Shown here: in pieces, positions 1-9,827 of the stretch
Layout: every line of letters begins with the position of its first letter
How positions within the stretch are numbered: position 1 is the stretch's first letter
Origin: an uncultured Verrucomicrobiae bacterium
Lineage (GTDB): Bacteria; Verrucomicrobiota; Verrucomicrobiia; Limisphaerales; JAFGQR01
Reading direction: 5' to 3'
Assembly: GCA_963788655.1 (NCBI GenBank)
Contig: CAWBHS010000007.1
Span: 45,527-109,526 of the forward strand
Length of the DNA stretch: 64,000 nucleotides
Made by a program: the position numbers and the translations under genes
Notes under the pieces: generated by a model
What the model saw: only the letters and a program-made list of their open reading frames with translations
What the model was told of the DNA's origin: nothing
Database searches by the model: none

Positions 1-151
1 CGTCACCATTGACGTGGCCGCTGACACGTTGGATGAGCCGGTCGGCGCGCGGCAAAACCCGCAGCGTGCGGGCGTCCACGATCATATATTCGAGTTCGAT
101 GCCGAACCGGGTGAACAGCGGAAAACAGGGAGGCTTGGGCGTGGCAGTCAT
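1..151 (-). CDS. Glutamate-cysteine ligase family 2 (GCS2-like COOH-NH2 ligase), 5' part only; runs off the window
   Basis: Not in the ORF track. Manual translation from ATG at 151 gives MTATPKPPCFPLFTRFGIELEYMIVDARTLRVLPRADRLI, with the N-terminal GxExExxxVD motif of GCS2 ligases. Lies downstream of and co-directional with the RimK-like gene. Confidence 0.8.
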   Translation of the reverse strand, partial: MTATPKPPCFPLFTRFGIELEYMIVDARTLRVLPRADRLIQRVSGHVNGD

Positions 152-174
152 TACGGGCGATTAAGGAGCGATGG

Positions 175-301
175 AAATGACCAATGATCAATGACCAAGC
201 ACCAGAGAATACCCAAGTTCCACGCCTCAACATCAACTCGGTCGGCCACTGCGGGTGGATTGGTCATTGGGTATTGGTCATCGCTGGTCATTGGTCATTG
301 G
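175..301. repeat. Heptamer-built (AATGACC / GGTCATT) imperfect inverted repeat, copy 1
   Basis: Left arm AAATGACCAATGATCAATGACCAAGCACCAGAGAAT; right arm TTGGTCATTGGGTATTGGTCATCGCTGGTCATTGGTCATTGG. Confidence 0.85.
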
Positions 302-314
302 TCCTTCTCAACGG

Positions 315-1791
315 TTATTCCTCGCGGCGTCCTTCGCGTTGGGATTCGAGGCGTTTGAGGAAGACCTCCATGATACGTTCGTATAGAAAGCGTTTGAGCA
401 TTTTGTCTTCGACGCCGCTGTCGAGACTCGGATTGTCATTGATCTCAATGATGTAACACTGGCCGTGGGACATTTTGAGGTCCACGCCGTAGAGGCCGTT
501 GCCGATGAGGTTGGCCGCGCGCAAGGCGGTTTGCACCACGCGATGCGGCGCCATCTCGATGGGCAGGGTTTCAAAATCGCCGGTGTGATCGTCGCCGGTG
601 ACCTGGTTGTTGTAAATCTGCCAATGGTTGCGCGCCATGAAGTATTTGCAGGCATAGATCGGGCGCCGGTCAATGATGCCAATGCGCCAATCAAAGTCCG
701 TCCGGAGAAATTCCTGGGCGATCAGCAGGTCGGATTTTTCCAGCAACTGCGCCACATTGGTTTGGTATTCCTCCTCGGTATCCACTTTCACCACGCCCTG
801 GGAAAAGGAAGAGTCCGGCTGTTTCAAGATCATCGGCAGCCCGAGTTTCTTTCGCACTTCATCGATGTTTTCGCGGTGCAGGATCTGGGTCTTGGGGGTC
901 GAGATGCGATGGCGGGCGAGCAGCTCGGCGAGGAACACTTTGTTGGTACACTTGACGATGGACTCCGGATCGTCGATGACCACCAATCCTTCCGCTTCCG
1001 CCCGGCGGGCAAAGCGGAAGGTGGGATTGTTCACTGCCGTGGTATTGCGGATGAACAGGGCGTCAAACTCCGCCACGCGTCCGTAGTCGTCCTGGTCAAT
1101 TAATTCCACCGAAAACTGCAGGTCTTCGGCGGCCTCGCAGAAACGTTCAATCGCCTTTTCATCGGACGGCGGCGTGGGGTCGTCCGTGTCGCGCAGAATG
1201 GCCAGACTGTAGCGGGGCGGCGATTTGCGCATTGGACGGCTGGCCGGGCGAGCAAAGTAATCCTGGGCCAGTTGCAACACCGGATCCCGGTGCGACTCCG
1301 GAATTTCGTTATTAGAAATAGCGGTAATGCTTTTCATCTCCCATCCCTCGGGTTCCCGGAGGAACTGCGCGCGCAGGAACGGAACGGGAAACAGATTGAA
1401 GAGGGCGCGGGCGAGCCGGTCGTAGCGCTGATTGACGCTGCGCGAGAAATAGATCGACAGCACAAATTTGTCGCTCTGCAGGTGGCGGAGCGAATCGTCA
1501 ATGAGATCCTCGAGGTCGCTCGAAAACGCGCGGGCCAGCGACTGGAATTTCAAATCCTGCATGGTCGCAATGCGCGGGAGCGGCTTGTGGCCACGAGCTT
1601 CGGCCAGCAGGGAGACGTAGTAGCCAGCGCTTTGGTATTTGTACCGAACGGCACAAGTTATAAACCCGGCAATGCCGCAGGGTCGAGTAGTGGGGATCGG
1701 TCAAGTAGGTGCGGGCGGCGACGACGGGAACGTTGGGCACGTGCAATGGCCATTTTTCCGGATTGTCCACCACGCAAAGAATTTGTGACAT
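315..1791 (-). CDS. RimK-family ATP-grasp ligase with N-terminal RLAN domain (one +1 frameshift at ~1644)
   Basis: ORF 315..1562 has ATP-grasp motifs (CTNKVFLAELL, ILKQPDSSFSQGV, QEFLRTDFDWRIG, YGVDLK, IEINDNP). Removing one base at 1644/1645 joins MSQILCVVD..VYNLCRS to YKYQSAGYYVSLLAEARGH, the RLAN signature. Confidence 0.9.
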
Positions 1792-1869
1792 AACAGAAGT
1801 AACTCGAATTGGGAAAGAGATGCCACCGCCCTCCGGGAACACAGTTTCCTCCCGGGCGGTTCGTCAGCT

Positions 1870-2616
1870 TCAGCAGGTGCCGTTCATAGACAAAAACGCT
1901 TTCGGCTGGATAATTAGCAGGTTGGCGTCGTAGGTCAACACCCCAAGCAAAATCGCGTTGATCAGCCGCTGCATGGGCACTTCATACGAATGGTCGGCGC
2001 TGAGCGGGTTTGCCGTATAGGGATCACCGATGGTCACGGTTTGGGTGGCCGGGTTGTAACCGCTGAGCACCACAAAATGCCCGAGCGGCTCTCCGCGAAC
2101 GTCGTCATCTTTGTTGGTGTCCGGATTCTCGCGCGGCGACCGGTACAGGAACGTGGCGCTCAAGCCCGTGAGGATGGGCGTGCCTTGCCGTAGATACTGT
2201 TCGATCAGGGCGCCCTGCAAATCCTCGTAGCGAATGTCGCCGCCGCGGAGAAGAAATTCCAAATACGCTCGCGCGGCCTGTCGCCGTTTGCCGGTGCGAT
2301 GGCGAATTTGCAACCGCAATTTGGTGTGGAGATCCTGTCGTTCGGGATAAAACCAGGACGGATCAAAGATGCGCAGATTGTAAGTGTACAACGTCGCCTG
2401 GTAACCCCGCTGCAGGGCGTGCCCTCCCAACATGACTGCCAACGTTCCGCCTCCTTCCAGGGACGGGATTTCCCGGATCAACTGTTCCAGCATGACGTTG
2501 TCGCCGTAATACCCATAGACCGCTTGCAGGCAGGTGGGCCCGCAAGAGGTGTCGGTCGGTTGCGGCTGAATGGGCACATTCAACCGGCACCGCCAGGGTT
2601 GGGTGAGGTTCGTCAC
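1870..2616 (-). CDS. Peptidase C39-like (papain-fold) cysteine peptidase
   Basis: QPQPTDTSCGPTCL catalytic Cys motif, GHFVVLSGY His motif, downstream Asp (IGDPY). Start uncertain (GTG 2616 or TTG ~2583); the track start at 2682 abuts a repeat. Confidence 0.85.
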   Translation of the reverse strand: MTNLTQPWRCRLNVPIQPQPTDTSCGPTCLQAVYGYYGDNVMLEQLIREIPSLEGGGTLAVMLGGHALQRGYQATLYTYNLRIFDPSWFYPERQDLHTKLRLQIRHRTGKRRQAARAYLEFLLRGGDIRYEDLQGALIEQYLRQGTPILTGLSATFLYRSPRENPDTNKDDDVRGEPLGHFVVLSGYNPATQTVTIGDPYTANPLSADHSYEVPMQRLINAILLGVLTYDANLLIIQPKAFLSMNGTC

Positions 2617-2679
2617 GCGGGGAGTGTAATCTGCGCCGGTCGCGTTAGCAAACCGGACGCAACTATGCTGAAGCGCATC

Positions 2680-3015
2680 CATCGTAGGACAGCCGTCTCG
2701 GCTGTCCCGAACGGCGGCGGGCGTTCAATGGTAAGCGAATGTTCAGGGATACGACGAACGTCCTAGTCGTTCGGGACAGGCGGGACGCCTGTCCTACGGG
2801 GATGGGCGCATCTTCTGGCACCTGGGCTTTCGGATCTCGCGCCAGCGCATCGTAGGACAGCCGTCCCGGCTGTCTCGAATTTCAGTGGGCGCTGGATGGT
2901 AAGCGACTGTTCAGGGATACGACGAACGTCCTAGTCGTTCGGGACAGGCGGGACGCCTGTCCTACGGGAGCGGGCGCATCTTCTGGCACCGGGGCATTCG
3001 GATCTCGCGCCAGCG
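2680..3015. repeat. Two tandem 168-bp units, each carrying a GTAG-type REP doublet (BIME/REPIN-like)
   Basis: GTAGGACAGCCGTCYCGGCTGTC starts at 2684 and 2852; the mate GGACAGGCGGGACGCCTGTCCTAC ends at 2797 and 2965; spacers are nearly identical. A different REP-like unit (TTTGGAGTGCGCGAAGCTTGCTCCCGCTTT) follows at ~3016-3045. Confidence 0.9.
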
Positions 3016-3069
3016 TTTGGAGTGCGCGAAGCTTGCTCCCGCTTTCGCTGGACCGGAAGCGCTGACGAC

Positions 3070-5334
3070 CTATCGCGCCGATTTCTCCAGAGCAGCGCGG
3101 TAATCACTGTCGTCGTGCGGCTGTTGCCAACCGTTGGTAGGCGCCGATAGCGTAGGGCGGTGCAGGGCCCACATATCATTGACGAAGTCATCCCAGGCCT
3201 GACCCTGGCGCGCCCATTCTTTGACGTGGTCGCGCCCGGTCGCTTCCTTGATGGTTCTCACAAAGGTGGCGTCATTTTCGTACATCCAGCGATCGACGTA
3301 ATCGAAAAAGGCAGCATGGCCCCAAGCTGGTTCGGCGTGCATGAGCCGCAATGCGAGGGCTTGCGCCACCCAGCCCACACTGGTGCAGCAGCGGCGATAG
3401 CTCTCGCTGGTATTCTGGCCGTCCTTCCATTGAGATGGCGGCGTGTGTTCGTACGGTCCCCAACCGTTGCCGCGTGAACGACCCGCGCCGGTCACGGTAT
3501 CAATACCCGAGTGCCCAGTGAAGACCACCTTGGCGCCGGTCCAGCAATCACCGTAGGCGGTCTGTTCATCTTCGCCGAAACTGACTTGCGGAAAGGACTG
3601 GTTGATGCGCGCCAGTTGGTCCTCGCCCAATAGCAAGCCGGCGAAGACAATGGGCAGTTTGCGACCGCTGCCGTGCCCGCCCCAACAGGTCCAGCCGGGA
3701 TGTCCGGCGCGGATCATGCCGGCCAGGTCGATGCCCACTTGCACGTAGTTCACCAGCAGCGGTTCCTTCTGCTCGGGCTTAAGGTCCGTACCCAACAACA
3801 AAGCGCTAATGCCCGCCACGCGGCCATATTCCAAACCGTATTGCGGCATGTTCTCGACCGGTTCCTCGAAGCCGAAGAAGCAGGGGCCCACCCACGGCCG
3901 CTGCGTAAACCGGATGTACTGTTCCACGTGGGGACGGCTCGGCGGTGCGGCGGCGGTGGGCAGCATTTCGCGCCGGAGGTTGCGGGCGAGGTAAATTTTT
4001 TGCTGGCGGTCGCAGAATGCCGGGCGGAAGGCATCCGCCGGCTGCGGTTCGGCCACGCAAGTCAGCACCGCCGCGGTACGGATCGGGCTGCTGTCGCCCT
4101 CGCCGCGTTCGATCTTGTTGCGCAATTGGGCGTGCAGCACCAAGCCTTTCAGCATGCTAATCGTCGCGACCAGCGAATCGCCGGGCTTCATCATCACGGG
4201 CAGTCGTTGAATGAGTGAAGGATCGAAATAGTTCCGCACGCCGCTGTCGTAGGCCACTTTCATCCGCGCCGGTGGATTGAGCATGAAACCATTTCGAACC
4301 CGTTGTCTTTCCGGACGCTCCTTGTCGATATGGTCCAATTGTCGCGGGGGAATTTCCGTGCCGTACAGCGGCCGCGGAGCGATGGCCGTGATGGTGGCCG
4401 ATCCGACTACGTACCAATCGCCGTTGATGAATTGCCCGACGCGCGCCGGTTGGGCAAACGTCCAAGTAATACCGTATTGGGAGACGCTTGCGCGCAACGA
4501 TAGGGCTTCGAGTCTGGGCGTTGGGGGTGCGTTGTCCTGGGTGTACGGAGTCATCGTCCGCCGGATCGCTGGGTCCGCGGCGATCGTCTGCTGGTCGTAC
4601 GGATCGTGCTCACCGGGGGGAGTGAACGGTTCCACCGGTCCACCCAATGTGACCGAAATATCATCCACCCAAATAGTCTGCGCCTTGTCCTTGCCGCTGT
4701 CGCCCCAGATGGCAATCGCGCTGAAGCCGTTCAAACCGGTCTTGTCCGGATCCACGGCGCTGACCTCGCGATCATTATGGAGCACTTGGAGGCCGACTTG
4801 CGGATCAAAGTCAAAGGTCCATTTGTGCCAGCCAGCCGGCGCGCGTTTCACGCCCAGCCAGAACAACTGGTCGAACCAGTCTTTGGCGTCGCATGCGGTG
4901 GCGGTGTAACCTTCGGCGCCGCCAAGATAACTGGCGTACAGGATGCCAACCGCCAGCACGTTCCCATCGCGCTGGACCAGTCCCCAACGAGGACCGGGGC
5001 GATTGACTTTGGGATTGTCGGGTGTCGTGCCGTCGTCATACACCCAAAACTCGACTTTACCCGAGGCGTCCTGGTCCCGAAGTTTCAACCAGGCCTTGCC
5101 GCCGGAACCGATTTTGAGCGCCCCACCGGAACCGCTCTGATCCTTGGTCGTATCAATGAGCACTTCGCCCGTAAGAGTCCAAGCGGACAGGGATGCGTTG
5201 CCATCGAACGTCAAATGCCTGGTGGGCGCGTTCAGTGGCCCAGGGGCGGGGGCGTTCTCCTGGCTCCAGAGAAACGGCGCGAAGCTGATGACGCTGGCGG
5301 TGAGCAGGCCAATGGATAGCAAATGCTTTAGCAT
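3070..5334 (-). CDS. Uncharacterised secreted protein: N-terminal beta-sandwich-like domain plus ~480-aa probable catalytic domain
   Basis: 754-aa ORF with Sec signal peptide (MLKHLLSIGLLTASVISFAPFLWSQ) and a Trp-rich N-domain. The C-domain has motif-like blocks SVSQYGITWTF, GGHGSGRKLPIVFAG, YRRCCTS and FFDYVDRWM. Confidence 0.8.
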   Translation of the reverse strand: MLKHLLSIGLLTASVISFAPFLWSQENAPAPGPLNAPTRHLTFDGNASLSAWTLTGEVLIDTTKDQSGSGGALKIGSGGKAWLKLRDQDASGKVEFWVYDDGTTPDNPKVNRPGPRWGLVQRDGNVLAVGILYASYLGGAEGYTATACDAKDWFDQLFWLGVKRAPAGWHKWTFDFDPQVGLQVLHNDREVSAVDPDKTGLNGFSAIAIWGDSGKDKAQTIWVDDISVTLGGPVEPFTPPGEHDPYDQQTIAADPAIRRTMTPYTQDNAPPTPRLEALSLRASVSQYGITWTFAQPARVGQFINGDWYVVGSATITAIAPRPLYGTEIPPRQLDHIDKERPERQRVRNGFMLNPPARMKVAYDSGVRNYFDPSLIQRLPVMMKPGDSLVATISMLKGLVLHAQLRNKIERGEGDSSPIRTAAVLTCVAEPQPADAFRPAFCDRQQKIYLARNLRREMLPTAAAPPSRPHVEQYIRFTQRPWVGPCFFGFEEPVENMPQYGLEYGRVAGISALLLGTDLKPEQKEPLLVNYVQVGIDLAGMIRAGHPGWTCWGGHGSGRKLPIVFAGLLLGEDQLARINQSFPQVSFGEDEQTAYGDCWTGAKVVFTGHSGIDTVTGAGRSRGNGWGPYEHTPPSQWKDGQNTSESYRRCCTSVGWVAQALALRLMHAEPAWGHAAFFDYVDRWMYENDATFVRTIKEATGRDHVKEWARQGQAWDDFVNDMWALHRPTLSAPTNGWQQPHDDSDYRAALEKSAR

Positions 5335-5473
5335 ACGACTGAGTTTTGTGGATGACGCGGAAGCAAGAATTTCGCAAGCCGCGAAATTTTTTCGCTGCTC
5401 AAATCCAAAGGAGAAGGGAAGATTGAAGGCCGATCCTTGAAGTCATAAACCCGAATGCGGCAATCCAATTCTC

Positions 5474-5641
5474 GGTAGGGCGAGACTCCGTCGAGCCCTG
5501 ACTTCTCCGCATCGTTTCCGCCGGCCGACAGCGTCAACGCGGGGAGGTTTCGGCGTTCGAACAGCAAAGTTTTTTTTGGCTCGGTCATTCGTTGTTGAGC
5601 GTGCTCAGGGAAGTCAGGGCTCGACGGAGTCTCGCCCTACC
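5474..5641. repeat. REP doublet (GTAGGGCGAGACTCCGTCGAGCCCTGA family), copy 1
   Basis: GGTAGGGCGAGACTCCGTCGAGCCCTGACTT at 5474 and its exact reverse complement ending at 5641. Confidence 0.9.
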
Positions 5642-5656
5642 CAACGCCGTCGGCTG

Positions 5657-8600
5657 CTACAGCGTTTTCAAGTAGGCGTAGAGATCGGCCAGCCCCTGGG
5701 AAGTGAGCCCTCGCAACAAACCGGAGGGCATGATCGATTGGGTCGTCTTCAGCGCGGAAATAATGTTGTCGGGGGCAAGCCGCACGGTGCTGGTGGCGGT
5801 GGTTTGCACCAACACGCTTTCGGCAGTGTCGGAAACTACCAGTCCAGTGATCGTGCGTTTGTCCGTGGTCCGAAAGGTGGTGTTGCGATACGGCTCGGTG
5901 ACATTGCGATTGGGAAACACGATGGCCTCGAACAATTCGGTGGACGAGCGACGCGCGGTGATGCCGCTGAGGGATGGTCCCAAAGAGGCACCGGTCGAGT
6001 GACACAATTGACAACTCCGCTCGCTAAAAATCATTCGCCCCCGATTGGGATTGCCCAGATGCCAGGGAACGGCTTTGAGTTTCAGGCTCCACATCGCGGG
6101 ATCGTCGCGGGTGTCGCCGTCGAGCAAACGGCGCAAGCGCGGATTGCGTTGCTCGCACCAGTCGAACACGGGGCGATAGGCTGCTTCCACCATGCCGGGC
6201 GGGCCGGCCACGTCGCGAACACGAAAGGTGTGTTTGGTTTCTTTCTCGATCAAGGACAACGTTTGCGCGCGCAGCACCTGTTGGTCCGGTTCCTGGAACA
6301 AGCGTCGCAAATACATTAACGCGGGCAACACGCCCCGCCCAGTGCCGGAGCCGGGCAGTTGCTGCAAGGCCGCAAGGCAGGTCCGCGCTACTTGCGGTTG
6401 CGATGAACTCAATCCCGCCAGGAATTTGTCGCGGTCAACGACGGCCGGTTGTTGCGCCAGTTTCACGACCAAGTCATCGCGCAGCACGGTATTGGTCCAT
6501 TGCTGGCGAAACAGCGGCCGGACTTGCGCGGCCGGCAACGCTGCCAGCACGTCCACCAGCGGGCCGGACCAACGGAAGCGGGGATTCTGTTGCACGGCCT
6601 TGAGAAACAAGCGGGCGGCCGGCGTAAAATGTTCGGAGCCCAGGATGCTGACCAACGGCACGTGGGCCGGCGCCACGAATAACGGATTCTGGAGTAGCGC
6701 GTTTGCCAACGGCGGATCGCGGCGCAGCAAATTCTGCACGACCTCCGCCAACCGGTCCTTCCACCGAAGCTGCGGGCGGTTTTCGCGGCCCCGTAATTTG
6801 TGGTCCAGCGCCAGAATGTCCTGGGCCAGGGCGGGGGTCGCGTCGGCCGGTAAATCTCCAGTCAGCCGCGACAAGACGGTCAGGTAATGGAAATCATCCG
6901 GCGCCGCGGTCTGGGCCGTGATCAAACGCAAAACCTTCGTCGAGGTTACTGGCGAATCATCCTGCACCATGGCCAGCAACCGCGCCGCTTCCCACGTCAC
7001 CTCGGGATCGGGATCGGGGAAAACCACGCGCGCCGAATTGCGAATTCTTTGCACCAACGCCTGGTGCGCCTGCAAATCCACCGCCGGCTCGTACGCCGCA
7101 TACGCTTCGAGCGTGGGATTCTCCAACCGGTAACCGCCCAAGCCAAGCGTCACGAGGCGGAGCGCTTCCAGGCGGGTTTGCTTGTCCTTGGAGTTGGCCA
7201 AAGCGGTGAGCGCGGCTTCGACCGCTTCGGTGTTAAGCGCATTGTCAGGACTGCGCCACAGAAAGGCCATGGTCGCCGTCAACCGCGCCAGCGGCGAGGC
7301 CTCGGCTTGCCGCGCCCATAATTCCCGCCAGGCTGGTTCCGGCAATAGACGGGCCAAGCGGGCGGCACCTTGGCGAACACGTTTTTCCGGACTTCCCAGA
7401 TTGGCGTCGATGGCTCGTTGCAGAATGGCCAGATCCAGGCCGGCAGCATGGTCGCCCAAGGCGTCCAGCGCGAACCGTCGGACTTGCGGATCAGCGTCGC
7501 CCGCCAGCCGCAGAAGCAGCGCCGCGCCATTGGGGACGGGAGCGCGACCGAGCGACCAGGCCACCCGGGCGCGCACAAACGACACCGGAGAATTCGCCCC
7601 GGCCAGAGCCGCCGCCGGAGACAGCCCCCCGAACAGCTCGGTCAGAATCTCGATGCTTCGAACTCGTGCCGACGGCGTCTGCCGATTGTCCGCCACCGCC
7701 TGCGCGAACGGTTCAGGGCCCACCTTGCGGGCAACGGGCAACCACTCCGCCCGCGACCAGGCAGCCAACGGCTCCGGTGCGCTTAGGACCGGCTGGAGAT
7801 CCAAAGTAACCAAATTCAACCAATTATTGGCCGCAACTTCTTGTTGGCCGGGCGGGTACTCGATCCGGTAAATGGACCCGCGCGTCCGGCTGCCCCCAGC
7901 CGCCACCAACAGCGCGCCGTCGGGGGCCACTGCCAGATCGATGGGGGCGAAACCGAACGAGCCGATGGATTCAAGAAACACGTCGGGATTCGCGCGGTAC
8001 GTCGCACCATTCGGCAGCAGGGGTGAGAAGTAAACCCGCCCCGAACTCCAGTCGCAGGCAAACAGGCCGTTGCGGAAGGCCAAGGGAAACTGGTAATGCC
8101 GGTAACAGACCACCCCGGAAGGAATGGCATGGCCGACCGGTGCTAACAGACTGACTGTGTCCGGAGAATACGGCGGTCTCGGCCAGCTTTCGCGCTGCCC
8201 GCGCAGACGCCAACCATGGTGGCCGGCGTAACCGACGTGGTAGAGCCGCGCCGGCAGATACCACGGTAAAAACAGATCGCCTTGCGCGTCGCTGTCAAAC
8301 GTAAACAGGTCGCCCAGCCAATTGAAGTCAAAGTCCTGCGGACTGCGGAATCCCTGGGCAATGCACTCCGAACCGCGGCCATCCGGCCGGAGCCGCAGCA
8401 TGGCGCCGCCTTCAATGTTTTGGATTGGCGAAGCGGGTAGGGAAACCTGTTCCCGTCCGAAATTCGCCTCGTTGCCGGCCACCAGATACAACCAGCCATC
8501 GGGACCCTTGCGAATCGAACCGGCGCCATGCCCGGCGGTTTCGATGGGCATCAACACTTGCGGAGGACCATCCGCCTGGCCGTCGCCATCCAGGTCCGTG

Positions 8601-8983
8601 TAAACCCGCAGCGCACTATCGCCCACGCAAAAAAGGTTGGGGCCATCGAAACAAAGTCCCTGTGCGCCCGCCGTCATTGGCGCAAATTCCACGGCCGTTT
8701 CCGCCGCGCCGCTGCCATCGGTGTCGAGCAGCGTGCGAATGTATCCCGGACCGCTGACCACCACGCGTCCCTGGGAATCAATGGTCATGGCGCGGATGTC
8801 GTTGGCCAGATCAGCATCGGCCCACAACGTGAGCCGGAAGCCTCGAGCCACCCGCAGGCCCAGCGGTTCGACCGGCACCAGATCGGCGGCCGACAGGGAA
8901 CCGGTCAGGCCGAGCCCCAAGCCGCAGGCCAGGGCGGCGAGGGACAACAGCGTCCGCCGGTTTAAATACCGTTGAGGTTGCAT
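5657..8983 (-). CDS. PVC-type membrane-bound dehydrogenase / heme-binding CxxCH protein (beta-propeller, HEAT repeats, cytochrome c)
   Basis: Signal peptide; glucose/sorbosone dehydrogenase-like propeller (GPDGWLY, GFRSPQDFDFN); HEAT-like helical repeats; C-terminal GRMIFSERSCQLCH...GPSLSG...SIMPSGL. Confidence 0.88.
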   Translation of the reverse strand: MQPQRYLNRRTLLSLAALACGLGLGLTGSLSAADLVPVEPLGLRVARGFRLTLWADADLANDIRAMTIDSQGRVVVSGPGYIRTLLDTDGSGAAETAVEFAPMTAGAQGLCFDGPNLFCVGDSALRVYTDLDGDGQADGPPQVLMPIETAGHGAGSIRKGPDGWLYLVAGNEANFGREQVSLPASPIQNIEGGAMLRLRPDGRGSECIAQGFRSPQDFDFNWLGDLFTFDSDAQGDLFLPWYLPARLYHVGYAGHHGWRLRGQRESWPRPPYSPDTVSLLAPVGHAIPSGVVCYRHYQFPLAFRNGLFACDWSSGRVYFSPLLPNGATYRANPDVFLESIGSFGFAPIDLAVAPDGALLVAAGGSRTRGSIYRIEYPPGQQEVAANNWLNLVTLDLQPVLSAPEPLAAWSRAEWLPVARKVGPEPFAQAVADNRQTPSARVRSIEILTELFGGLSPAAALAGANSPVSFVRARVAWSLGRAPVPNGAALLLRLAGDADPQVRRFALDALGDHAAGLDLAILQRAIDANLGSPEKRVRQGAARLARLLPEPAWRELWARQAEASPLARLTATMAFLWRSPDNALNTEAVEAALTALANSKDKQTRLEALRLVTLGLGGYRLENPTLEAYAAYEPAVDLQAHQALVQRIRNSARVVFPDPDPEVTWEAARLLAMVQDDSPVTSTKVLRLITAQTAAPDDFHYLTVLSRLTGDLPADATPALAQDILALDHKLRGRENRPQLRWKDRLAEVVQNLLRRDPPLANALLQNPLFVAPAHVPLVSILGSEHFTPAARLFLKAVQQNPRFRWSGPLVDVLAALPAAQVRPLFRQQWTNTVLRDDLVVKLAQQPAVVDRDKFLAGLSSSQPQVARTCLAALQQLPGSGTGRGVLPALMYLRRLFQEPDQQVLRAQTLSLIEKETKHTFRVRDVAGPPGMVEAAYRPVFDWCEQRNPRLRRLLDGDTRDDPAMWSLKLKAVPWHLGNPNRGRMIFSERSCQLCHSTGASLGPSLSGITARRSSTELFEAIVFPNRNVTEPYRNTTFRTTDKRTITGLVVSDTAESVLVQTTATSTVRLAPDNIISALKTTQSIMPSGLLRGLTSQGLADLYAYLKTL

Positions 8984-9048
8984 GGTGTAATTAAGAAGGG
9001 AACGAGCGCGAAGTCGAGCGGGAATCGCCTGGCTGACCGTAGCGGCGG

Positions 9049-9153
9049 TTTTGGAGTGCGGTGGCAGAGCGCAGCGACGACACCGCTTTCGAATGATACT
9101 TGATTCCCGCGGCCAAAGCGGCGTGGCGCTTCACTTCCCGCTGCATTCCAAAA
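9049..9153. repeat. REP doublet (TTGGAGTGCG family)
   Basis: TTTTGGAGTGCGGTGGCAGAGCGCAGCGACGACACCGCTTT pairs with AAAGCGGCGTGGCGCTTCACTTCCCGCTGCATTCCAAAA. Confidence 0.75.
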
Positions 9154-9203
9154 TTTGCAGACGAGCATTGACCCGCGCCAAGCGCCCGGATTGATTAGCT
9201 GGT

Positions 9204-9827
9204 ATGTCGCGCACGCAAGACCAGCCCGCCGGTACCCGACCGGCAATCATCTACCCGCCGCCGTCCTACGTGGAGCGGCTGGATTGGGCGAACGTGTTCC
9301 GTCGCGGCCAGCCGGTGGAAATCGAATTGGGCAGTGGTGACGGATCGTTCTTGATCCAATGGGCCGGACTGCACCCGGAACGCAATTTCCTGGGCGTGGA
9401 ACGGCTCAAGGGACGGTTGCGCAAGCTGGAGCGTAAAGGTGCGCGCGCCGGTTTGGAAAATCTGCGCGGCCTGCGGCTCGAGGCCGGCTATTTCGTCGAA
9501 TATCTGGTGCCGGTGGCGAGCGTGGATGCCTTTCATGTCTATTTTCCGGATCCCTGGCCCAAACGGAAACATCAACGGCATCGGCTGATGAACCCGCGGT
9601 TTGCCGAAGCGGTCAGCCTGGCGCTGCAACCGGGAGGTTCCATTTACCTGCGCACCGATGATCCCGGTTACTTTGACATCATGCGCGAGGTGTTCGGCAG
9701 CCAGGCACGGTTCGCGCCGGTGGAGACTCCGTCCGAATTGAGCGCCGTGCTGACCGACTTCGAACGGGAGTTTCAGGCGCGGGGCGTCAAAACGTTGCGG
9801 GCGGCTTATCGGTTGCAGGCAGGCTAA
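9204..9827 (+). CDS. trmB: tRNA (guanine-N7)-methyltransferase
   Basis: VEIELGSGDG SAM motif, NFLGVE, YFPDPWPKRKHQRHRL, LRTD, TDFEREF. Confidence 0.95.
   Translation: MSRTQDQPAGTRPAIIYPPPSYVERLDWANVFRRGQPVEIELGSGDGSFLIQWAGLHPERNFLGVERLKGRLRKLERKGARAGLENLRGLRLEAGYFVEYLVPVASVDAFHVYFPDPWPKRKHQRHRLMNPRFAEAVSLALQPGGSIYLRTDDPGYFDIMREVFGSQARFAPVETPSELSAVLTDFEREFQARGVKTLRAAYRLQAG

Noticed and set aside
2680..3015. Direct repeats as a possible CRISPR array
   Set aside because: Only two 168-bp units, spacers are near-identical rather than unique, the repeats are REP-like hairpins, and there are no cas genes.
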